From contig CM082579.2 in the NCBI GenBank assembly GCA_040954595.2, positions 3,647,227-3,711,226 on the forward strand: a stretch of DNA of 64,000 nucleotides, read 5' to 3'. This DNA comes from Balanoglossus misakiensis. Lineage: Eukaryota > Animalia > Hemichordata. Positions 14,932 through 25,680 of the stretch are shown one piece after another (the stretch's first letter is position 1; each line of letters starts with the position of its first letter). The translations under genes were made by a program, and so were the position numbers. The notes beneath the pieces were generated by a model, which saw only the letters and a list, made by a program, of their open reading frames with translations, searched no databases and was not told the origin of the DNA.

Positions 14932-15051
14932 GATTTTCATGAGCTATAATCCATGTTTTTTTTTATTAAAAATGAAGAAATTTTGAAAATTCGAAAAGTC
15001 GAAAAATTGTGATTTTTTGATGATTTTCATGAGCTGTAAGCTCATGAAAAT
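14932..15051. repeat. Degenerate terminal satellite monomers and fold-back (inversion) junction
   Basis: Diverged 87-mer-like sequence ending in a perfect 13-bp inverted repeat ATTTTCATGAGCT-gta-AGCTCATGAAAAT (15023-15051), after which the orientation is reversed. Confidence 0.85.
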
Positions 15052-16538
15052 TTGTAAAAATGATAAATTTCCGACTTTGCGAAATTTGGTGATTTTGTCA
15101 TTTTGAGACGTTTTTCATGGGATATAGCTCATGAAAATTGTCAAAAATGACAAATTTCCGACTTTGCGAAATTTGGTGATTTTGTCATTTTGAGACATTT
15201 TTCATGGGTTATAGCTCATGAAACTTGTAAAGAATGAAAAATTTCCGACTTTGCGAAATTTGGTGATTTTGTCATTTTGAGACGTTTTTCATGGGTTATA
15301 GCTCATGATTACTGTCAAAAATGAGAAATTTTCGACTTTGCGAAATATGGTGATTTTGTCATTTTGAGACATTTTTCATGGGTCATAGCTCATGAAACTT
15401 GTAAGAATGAGAAATTTTCGACTTTGCGAAATATGGTGATTTTGTCATTTTGAGACATTTTTCATGGGTCATAGCTCATGAAACTTGTAAGAATGAGAAA
15501 TTTTCGACTTTGCGAAATTTGGTGATTTTGTCATTTTGAGACATTTTTCATGGGTCATAGCTCATGAAACTTGTAAGAATGAGAAATTTTCGACTTTGCG
15601 AAATTTGGTGATTTTGTCATTTTGAGACATTTTTCATGGGTTATAGCTCATGCAACTGGTCAAGAATGAGAAATTTCCGACTTTGCGAAATTTGGTGATT
15701 TTGTCATTTTGAGACATTTTTCATGGGTCATAGCTCATGAAACTTGTAAGAATGAGAAATTTTCGACTTTGCGAAATATGGTGATTTTGTCATTTTGAGA
15801 CATTTTTCATGGGTCATAGCTCATGAAACTTGTAAGAATGAGAAATTTTCGACTTTGCGAAATTTGGTGATTTTGTCATTTTGAGACATTTTTCATGGGT
15901 TATAGCTCATGCAACTGGTCAAGAATGAGAAATTTCCGACTTTGCGAAATTTGGTGATTTTGTCATTTTGAGACATTTTTCATGGGTCATAGCTCATGAA
16001 ACTTGTAAGAATGAGAAATTTTCGACTTTGCGAAATATGGTGATTTTGTCATTTTGAGACATTTTTCATGGGTCATAGCTCATGCAACTGGTCAAGAATG
16101 AGAAATTTCCGACTTTGCGAAATTTGGTGATTTTGTCATTCTGAGACATTTTTAATGGGTCATAGCTCATGAAACTTGTAAGAATGAGAAATTTTCGACT
16201 TTGCGAAATATGGTGATTTTGTCATTTTGAGACATTTTTCATGGGTCATAGCTCATGAAACTTGTAAGAATGAGAAATTTTCGACTTTGCGAAATATGGT
16301 GATTTTGTCATTTTGAGACATTTTTCATGGGTCATAGCTCATGAAACTTGTAAGAATGAGAAATTTTCGACTTTGCGAAATATGGTGATTTTGTCAATTT
16401 AAGACGTTTTTCATGGGTCATAGCTCATGAAACTTGTAAGAATGAGAAATTTTCGACTTTGCGAAATATGGTGATTTTGTCAATTTGAGACATTTTTCAT
16501 GGGTCATAGCTCATGAAACTTGTAAAGAATGAGAAATT
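15039..16538. repeat. 86-bp (some 87-bp) tandem satellite, ~17 copies, related to the 87-mer but in inverted orientation
   Basis: Period 86 (GACTTTGCG at 16197, 16283, 16369). The unit CATGGGT(T/C)ATAGCTCATGAAA...TTT(T/C)CGACTTTGCGAAAT aligns with the reverse complement of the 87-mer (CATGGGTTATAGCTCAGGAAAA...TTTTCGACTTTTCGAAAT). Confidence 0.95.
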
Positions 16539-17572
16539 CATTCAACATCAAGGCAGTGTTGGGGTAATAAAATGATACAGACACAAGTATTTCAGTTTAA
16601 TCTAGTCCATTGAAAATTTTAATCTCAAAGTTTTGAAACAATAAACAAGAGAATACATGTATACAGTGTTATCTGTAGACTTACAATATGAAAAAAGAAA
16701 GAAAATCAATGAGTTGTAATTTACACAATCATGCCAAATTTTCCAACCATAGCATTGCATCAGCTTGGTAAACATCAATGGAAATACTATTGTCATTAAA
16801 TGTTAGGTGGTCACTGCAGACTACCAGTAACAGTTACAGCTGCATCGCGGTAAATGGACACTTCGTCCTAAGCTTGGTTGCCGGATACCCATCTGGTATT
16901 TGCATCTGCAAAACAAGAAACGGAAAAATGACTGTCTTTAATATCCATGGACATGAAACAAAGCATGATCATCACTGTACAGCCAATAGTTGTTCATTCG
17001 CAGAAGGTAATCATGCAAATCTGTATGGCTGCCTGGAATTTCACTCTCTATTTGGCAACTTGATTCAATTCTACTGCAACAACGATAGAGATCTGTCCAT
17101 ATAAGCTTATAATTGCGCTTAGTTGAACCGACAACAACAAATACACCCCACCCACACACACCCCTACCATGTATTGTTTCCGTCATTGCTTCAATTTTCT
17201 TTCCCACAATTCTTACCTTCCCACAACCATACGGTACTCTCTGGACATCAATCACGCAGGCTGGCAATCATCTTAGCATCATCTATGGAATCTCTGGAAT
17301 AAATGAAAAGTATGTAAAGATGGCTGACATGTTTGTGCCATAACAAAATGGCCACACCTTGCATCTAGCAGTCAGGTCGATTTTAAAACATCCACATATT
17401 TTACCGGTTCCATATTGTTACATGCAGGTTTGTGAAAAATCGGTTCGCTCGACTGGGAAACGGCATCAGTCTGAATCGAATAAACAAAAACTTCAAAATG
17501 GCCTCCATGCATGAAAAGAGGGGCTTTGATGTCTATATCGCTTGTCAAACCTTACTTGAAACCTCTGGTCTT

Positions 17573-18192
17573 CGTTCAGCCATTGAAGATACTGCCCTTA
17601 CGGCACCGGCCAGCTGTACTGCTGTATGGCGAAAACAAATAGTAGCTTAGGCCCCAGCTTTGTTGATGAATACTATTATGAGTTGATCTCGTCTCTGGAT
17701 CTGCAAAACAAGGAAATGAAGTGAATGTATGCAATAATCATGATCGTTCAGTCATGGAACATACCTGCCCTTACCTCATCCAGCTACATGTATACCGCTG
17801 CATGGCGAAAAAAAACTCTGGTCTCTGCATCTGCAAAACAAGCAAATGAAAGTGAATATTCATGAACACGAAAGAAAACGTCTACCGCGATCACCGTACC
17901 ACAAAGTATCGTTCAGCCATTGAAGATACTTCCCTTACCGCACAGGCCAGCTGTACTGCTGTTATGTATAGCGAAAGCAACTAGTAGCTTAGGCCCCAGC
18001 TTTGTTGATGAATACTATTATGAGGTGATCTCGTCTCTGGATCTGCAAAACAAGGAAATGAAGTGAATGTATGTAATATTCATGATCGTTCGGCCACGGA
18101 ACATGCCTGCCCTTACCTCCCCAGCTATACCGCTGCATGGCGATAACAACTCTCGTCTCTGGATCTGCAAAACAAGCAAATGAAAGTGAATG
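17573..18192 (-). repeat. Diverged tandem duplication (~337-bp period) built of repeated exon/intron-like modules
   Basis: 17573-17857 resembles 17910-18192. Four copies of ATCTGCAAAACAAG (minus strand CTTGTTTTGCAG|AT acceptor) and four of CCCTTAC (minus strand |GTAAGGG donor). Confidence 0.85.
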
Positions 18193-18202
18193 TCTAATAT
18201 TC

Positions 18203-19249
18203 AAGATGATCGGTACGGAAATAAACCACTCAGTTTATCAGTACAACGTGTATGTTTTTAATTTTTTATTGAAAAATGACGAAAGATGACAACTGACAAA
18301 ACCTGTATTAACTACTACTAAATACGCACGCTTGAAGATGATCGGTACGGAAATAAACCACTCAGTTTATCAGTACAACGTGTATGTTTTTAATTTTTTA
18401 TTGAAAAATGACGAAAGATGACATGTCTGAAAAAACCTGTATTAACTACTACTAAATACGCACGCTTGAAGATGATCGGTACGGAAATAAACCACTCAGT
18501 TTATCAGTACAACGTGTATGTTTTTAATTTTTTATTGAAAAATGACGAAAGATGACATGTCTGAAAAAACCTGTATTAACTACTACTAAATACGCACGCT
18601 TGAAGATGATCGGTACGGAAATAAACCACTCAGTTTATCAGTACAACGTGTATGTTTTTAATTTTTTATTGAAAAATGACGAAAGATGACATGTCTGAAA
18701 AAACCTGTATTAACTACTACTAAATACGCACGCTTGAAGATGATCGGTACGGAAATAAACCACTCAGTTTATCAGTACAACGTGTATGTTTTTAATTTTT
18801 TATTGAAAAATGACGAAAGATGACATGTCTGAAAAAACCTGTATTAACTACTACTAAATACGCACGCTTGAAGATGATCGGTACGGAAATAAACCACTCA
18901 GTTTATCAGTACAACGTGTATGTTTTTAATTTTTTATTGAAAAATGACGAAAGATGACATGTCTGAAAAAACCTGTATTAACTACTACTAAATACGCACG
19001 CTTGAAGATGATCGGTACGGAAATAAACCACTCAGTTTATCAGTACAACGTGTATGTTTTTAATTTTTTATTGAAAAATGACGAAAGATGACATGTCTGA
19101 AAAAACCTGTATTAACTACTACTAAATACGCACGCTTGAAGATGATCGGTACGGAAATAAACCACTCAGTTTATCAGTACAACGTGTATGTTTTTAATTT
19201 TTTATTGAAAAATGACGAAAGATGACATGTCTGAAAAAACCTGTATTAA
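18203..19249. repeat. 134-bp tandem repeat, ~7.8 near-identical copies
   Basis: GATGATCGGTACGG recurs at 18205, 18337, 18471, 18605, 18739, 18873, 19007 and 19141 (first unit 132 bp); no unique spacers. Confidence 0.97.
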
Positions 19250-20679
19250 TTATATTAAACCGTCGGTCAGAGGGATGGGACCCACCCGCACCGGGGATTT
19301 TATTTATGTCTATATAACTTACTTGTTTTAAGCATCAGATAATCCACTGGTCTTCATTCAGCCATGGATCATACAAACGCTCACCTCAATGTAGGCTAGT
19401 TGCATGGCCCAAATATACCGTACAACTTACCGTGACACACATGCACACACACTCACAACAACGAGCACCTTTCGAAGCATTCAAAGCCAATGAACTTGTT
19501 GGTGCCGTAACAAAATGACCCATGCACCGAGCATGTAGTCCTGTTGGTCTTAAAACTTTAAAATGACATCCATATAGCATCCGCATTGTTGCATTCTTCA
19601 GATTTGTGCAAAATCGGTTCGCTGAACTGGCTACCGGCACCAGTCAGAATCGTTGAAAGTTCTTAAAAATTGCCCAAAAAACTTGGCTAATACCGCTTAC
19701 TTTGACATCATGCTTGTAACATCATAGCATCCGCGTTGAACGTACACCATCAGTTCACCGGGGCCTCCAATCTGCAAAATGAGAAAAAAAATGAATGCCT
19801 ATCCACATACATGTACACGAAACCAAATATCAACCGTGATTACCGCACGCTAAACTGTTGTTCATTCGCATATTGTACATCATACACGACGACAATATGT
19901 GTTGTAGGGCTTCGTTGTCAGACAAGTAGTCTAAAACCCCGGCATGGCACTATGAACATTTACATATTTTCAAGTTTAGGCCTACAGCCAAGCGGAAAAT
20001 TTTTAAATCCGACAAACATATTTTTGGCAAAGACTGCACGGACACACACTCAAAAATAACTGTTTCCAATGAAGCGTTTCAAAGCCTACTACTTTTGCCA
20101 TTGTCTGGTAGTATAATACAAAATTTGCATTCATTTACACCCGAAAACACGCTGACTGCACGTGTACCCGCTGTAGCTGTCAATTCATCGAACCCGCTAC
20201 CAATTCATCGTAGCCCCCCTCCCCTTTCCCGAAAAACTACCTTGTTTTTTTTATGTAAAAAATGCTGCCCACCAGTAGAGCTAAAACACCGACTTGTCTT
20301 TGATAGACTGTATATCATTAGTAACGCGAATGGGTGCGGGAATTTGTGAATTAAAAAGCAGGGCAGCGCTGACTCGAGCTGTCCGACTGTGACGCATCAA
20401 ATTTTTCAATTCTGTGGTGTAGACGTCTGGCTTTTTAGTTGTCCGTAACTCGCCACAGAATAACCCATGCTTCTGGTCAAAAATTGAGTAAATGTGTCTA
20501 CTTCTGTTACTTTACTTACCGCTGTCGTCGTGAAAACTATCCAGCGGAGAAACTCTGTTTGGGGGGCAGAGTTCTCCGCATCTTCTCGTGGTCCAAGCAG
20601 CAGCGTGGCCGTCTGACTCTCAAATGAAAATGCACGGAGGCTAGACGGAAATTTCCAAGTGGAGTTGGTCCAGGTGGCT

Positions 20680-20745
20680 CCAACCAATCAGCAGCGAAAG
20701 CTTTGCATAGTCACGTCTCAAGTCACGTCACGTGACGTGACCCGC
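20680..20745. promoter_or_regulatory. Promoter-like module: CCAAT box plus 20-bp perfect palindrome of overlapping E-box/CRE-like sites
   Basis: CCAATCAG at ~20684; GTCACGTCACGTGACGTGAC at 20722-20741 is self-complementary and contains CACGTG and TGACGT half-sites. Function is inferred. Confidence 0.4.
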
Positions 20746-21102
20746 ATCAAAAGTGCTAACACAATTACGTAACTGTTGAAATTTCGGATTCTTTTGTCGT
20801 AGTTTGCCAGACATTTTGAACATCACACGATTCCACATTCGAAAGAATTTACCATGCGCTTTGAAATGTTGGAGTAGGGGAAAAATCATCGTCACCTAAA
20901 TATCTATTCACAAACAATGTGTCTGTGATTCTTATTAGAATAACAACATTTTCAAATCTGCATTTTTGACTCTTTTTGCCAGGTGGAACGACCAGACCAT
21001 GTATTTCAACTATCGAGCACACTTCATTTACATTGGACGATAAAATTTTTCACAACATGTACAACGTCCCCTTTTTGAACTTTTTGCGAGAAAGACATTG
21101 TC

Positions 21103-21255
21103 AGCCGCCGCCGCCATCTTGATTTAAGATGCGCAAAGGACTGTGGGATCGGCCACAATTTATTCGACACAAAACATAAAATTAATTCAACACCGACGAA
21201 CGAAAAGGATATGAAACGGGGCTTTGCTGACTTGGCACAATTCCCAAAGTCCCAC
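21103..21255 (-). promoter_or_regulatory. YY1-like and Staf/ZNF143-like motif cluster
   Basis: GCCGCCATCTTG (YY1 consensus AAGATGGCGG on the minus strand) next to GCAAAGGACTGTGGGA (reverse complement TCCCACAGTCCTTTGC, SBS-like), and a second TTCCCAAAGTCC at ~21241. Motif match only. Confidence 0.3.
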
Positions 21256-24200
21256 TCATCAACGTTTCATGGTTAAGCATTATAACTTTGACCCGCGTCT
21301 GTTAAACGCCGGCGCGACTCCTTCCAAGAAGCGTCGTACATCATTGATATAAGACACGAGGATATCTGTTATGGCACACGAGGACGGTGGGGATTAAACG
21401 GGTGACTTAGCTTAGCACAAAGAATGCGAACGAGATTGAGAAATAAAAGTGGGGTTAATCCCCAGTTTCGTAATTCCATTTTTTCCCCAAACAGGTCATA
21501 AGTGTTTTAGCGAATCCGCCTAACCACCGCTCTGCATGCGCATTCCTTGTGCTATAAATCAGGAAGGGATCAGGTCAGGGAAAGGGTTTTGTTTCTTGTC
21601 GAAGCGTGAACACCAAATGACGTCAACTGAAACCCCTAAATTTAAAACGTCTTCGCATCATACAGCATTTTGTCTTTATGGCGCAGAAGCACAAAGAAGT
21701 CCTGACCAGTGAAGTTTTATAGCTCTACTGGTATAGGGCTCAGAAAACTGCAAAAAGTTTCAACTGATATCGTTCATACTCTCTCTTTAAAAGTAGTCAG
21801 CCTTCATGTTCCCGCCACCCTTTCCACTCAATTGCGTTTTAATCTGTCAACTACGGATATTGCGCCATTTTGAACTTTTTTATTGAAGAAAATAAAACGC
21901 AGATACCGCGGAGTCAAGCCAGTGTGACTGCCCTCCAATTGTTTTTAGTTAGACGAATGAACACGGCCAGACCTTGTTATGTTTTAGATGGCCCTACACG
22001 TTTCACTGCGCGTGTAAAATGGCTTCATGACGTGTAAACTGGTCTCTATGATTCCGGTTCGGCGTAAATCGCTTTCTGCCCGAAAGGCACTAAAAGATGC
22101 ACTGGCTACGGACTGATAGACCAAGCGCAATTTCAGACAGCGCGCAAATCCTGATCAGATCGCGAATGTGGCCGAGAGAGTGGGCGAGATACGGAGAAGG
22201 GGGTAGGGATGTAGGCCATGGTATCTGGAAGTTCTGTCAGTCCGCATGCAATAATTGGGTTCGCCAAGAACATTTCCAATCTAACATGATTGCTTTGCCA
22301 ACAAATCACACGGAGTGTAACACATCGACTTACAGATACCCCATCCCCTATCTCCTACATCGTCTCATCATTGCCTTCAAGTTGGTACACGTGCTACCGT
22401 CATGCACGGGGCGAACTGGAGGAGCCAGTGTGTCCCGCTTCGAACATCTTTCAAGAGATGAAAAGCAACCGATAGTAATTTCTCGCCATTTTGCGCCATG
22501 ATTTGCTTTGCTTGTTTATAGAAAATTAAAGTAAGCGACCAGAGAGCTTTCACTCTTTCAAGCACTAAAGCTTTTTCCCAGCAGAACCTAACGACTGCCG
22601 CCTATACTGTTGATATTTTCTGAAAGCTTAGATCACGGGCGGTCTGTTCTATTTGCTTTTTTCGAGTGACTATAAAGATAAAGTTGGACCCATTTCGCTG
22701 CACCACAAAACCTCCTTGAAAAGGATATATAACATTATTTATCGCAACTTGAACGTTTCTTGTACATTAAAGGTCGTGAAGTCTCGAGCGATTTTACATC
22801 ACGCGTGAACTCGTGTCAGGGATCCCAACAAGAGATCCATGAGATGTGAGCAGATCGAGCGCTAATGATGCATGGTTGCTTTGACGACGTGCATTGTAGT
22901 AGTCACGCAAATGCACATTGAATATTATGGTTTCCGCTTTGCTTCCTCTCATTTTTGTGTAATTGCATGCACTACGACCAGAAAAGTCTTCTAGGTGTTC
23001 GTTGCTTGCTGAACACTGCGAGAGAAAAAATCAGCGCTCTACAAGTGAGCCGCGGGACCTAGAAAAATAATTAACTAACTGATTTACCACCGAAGAATTA
23101 ATTGTTAACAAGGCATAACCTTAACATATTGCGTAGTAAAATATGCAAAATTGGACGCCAAGGAGTAAAGATGAACCAGGCGCAGGTCGGCGAGTGATTT
23201 TGCTAGGAGGGAAAGAAAGACACCGGTGCACTCTCTCTCTTCTTTGATCACGAAGTGTGAACAGCATCAGCTCCCATTGGGAATGCAAAATGATATAAAC
23301 TCTTCTGTTCAGATTCAACTTAGCGAATTGTGACGAGTAGCTATAGTCAAAGTGGCATTGTCAATTGAGTCCGGTGAATATTTAAGAGTGCAAATATGAA
23401 CATTTCGTCGCCTCTGCTGGTTTGTGCTTGTGATATTTCCCGCCATTAATAGCTCCCTTACAACTGCGAACACAATTAATCATCCGACCGGTTTCTTGCG
23501 GCCGTCCAGGGTCTCAGCCTGGAACCGCACGATAGTTCAGTCAATTACAGCGGCGTATCGGAAGTAACACCTGAACAATTGTGCAACAAACGCCAGATAT
23601 TTTTTTTTATCTTTGCTGGGTTATTGATGGCGACAGGGCCAGAAATCTACCATTTCAGTCATTTATTTCTCTTGGATGACAGTTACATTGGAATATGCAG
23701 TGTGAACTTTCGCCAATGGTTCGTTACCGACCAGATTTGGGGTTTTGTCGACAAGAAGGTTTCTATACATTCATGAGATCACAATATCATACTATATCGA
23801 GGCGCTGTGTGGGGATCAATGATTTATGTGGTCACTGATAAAACTTTCATAGGAGAAATCATTTTACTGTCAGTTTGAAGCAAGGGCGTAAATTCTTGCT
23901 TAAATAAAACATTTGTCGGTTCTATAATTGAAAAATTGAGGTGCAAATGCCACCAGATGTATATGGCATATAAAATGAAACTATATTGACATAGATACAC
24001 CTCCATTGTCACGAAAACAAAACCACGTGGCTTCAAATCCCGAACGCACGCCATTTGGAGGACGGATTTAACAATCAAAGACAGTGCTTTTTGCTGTCTA
24101 TGGTCTAACATACTCCCGGGATGTCATCGTTCTTGTGTCCGGTTTGATCTTGGCTCAATCAACAGGACAGCATCATTTAGCACAACGTGTACATCAGCCG

Positions 24201-24977
24201 ACCGCCCTCCGCGACTGACGCAAACCGAAGACAACCGTTGACGGGATTGGCCATTATGGACGTGTGGGAACCGTGCATTGCGTCTATCGCGAACACGGCT
24301 TTGATAAGATAGAACCTGTTATCTCACACGGAACATGTGTCTGAACCACGAACCGTTTTATGAACGCCATGTTACAGAACACTAACATGTAATTAGCAGG
24401 ATCGTTAAGATTTCGGAACGTTGTCAGGCATGCTGGATGAAACGATTTGTAGATTGGACAGAAGTAGGCCCTACTGCATGGCGTTGTCAGAATTTGAAAG
24501 GAATATAGACAGGCAGACACTGACACAGAGACAGACATACCGTACTTAATTTTCTATTTTCAACTGGGGAGTTATAGCCACGATTCATATTTCCCCGGTT
24601 TAAGTCACAGGTTTGATTTTCAATAAACAGTGTACAATCTGTACTGCCGATATCGCGCCTTCAATGAAACCAGTCGGTATCTTTTGTCCAACTGTAACCT
24701 ACATTTGAAGAGAAAGAGATTGTCCGCCATCTTAAACTTTATTGCAGACGTTAAAACTATATCTCTGCAGCTCCAGCCGCCGACACGCACTTCGTATGGG
24801 TGCAGTGCGCCATATGGTTCGAGTTCGCTTGGAATCATAATAACATTGGCGACGACCGTGACCATACAATATAGATTTCAACAAATAAATTATTTACAAC
24901 TTACAAGCCATATCCAGGGCCGCAGCCGGCTGTTTACATCACTTGTAATAAAATGAGCATTTTGTTTTGTTTTATAG

Positions 24978-25680
24978 GTATTATGTCATTCACAACCCGA
25001 TGAAGCCAAGACTGTCCAAGGGGAAAGTTCTGTTGATAACTGTGCTGACGTGGATTGTGTCAGTGGCCGTTACCGTTCCGACCCCTCTCAATATTTCAAC
25101 TTCCACTGGAATCGATAAATATGGAAATAGAATCACCACCTGCGCCGAGTACTGGCACGACAACGTCGCCGGCAGGGGTTACATCTTGTTCCTGGCCGTA
25201 GCTGAATATCTGTTGCCCATGGCGACCATGATAGTCGCCTACTGGATGATCGTGAGGAAAGTGTGGTTCCGGAAGACGCTGGGAGACGCCACCGACCGCC
25301 AGAGGGAGCTCGCCTGCGGGAACAGGAAGAAGACGATCCGGATGCTGATCATCGTGGTGGCGTCCTTCTCCTTCTGCTGGGGTCCCTACTACGCCTACAA
25401 CATCACCGTTCATTTCAACGAGGGCATCCTGATGGCCGGCGACAACAACATGACCGCGTACTACGTGGTCGAGGTCATTGCCATGAGCAGCTGCTTCATG
25501 AATACCATCGTGTTCTTCCTGATGAACGAGAGCTTCCGCCGCGAGTGCCTCAGTCTCTTCGGCAAACTTCACTGCGTGAAACTCACCTTCAACACAAACA
25601 GCGCCGCAAACGCCAGTTTTGTCAGAAACGTCACCAGGATAAGCGCCAACAAAACGGGCACGCTAGAAACCAATCTCTAG
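24978..25680 (+). CDS. Prokineticin-receptor-like class A GPCR, terminal coding exon (end of TM3 to C-terminus)
   Basis: Acceptor TTTTGTTTTATAG|G at 24977/8, phase 2 within the Arg of (D)R-Y. TM4 W, ECL2 Cys, TM5 EYLLP..Y, KVWF, RKKTIRML, TM6 FCWGPYY and TM7 TAYYVVEVIAMSSCFMNTIVF resemble PROKR (TAFYVVECIAMSNSMINT..F), which also lacks a canonical NPxxY. Confidence 0.85.

Noticed and set aside
18203-19249. CRISPR-like array or snoRNA cluster
   Set aside because: Units are identical with no spacers, the context is eukaryotic with no cas genes, and there is no canonical box C with terminal stem.
21050-21118. Minus-strand ATGGCGGCGGCG (MAAAADNV..) as a gene start
   Set aside because: The frame stops after ~22 codons and I found no convincing donor or downstream coding exon; the sequence is better explained as a YY1-like motif.
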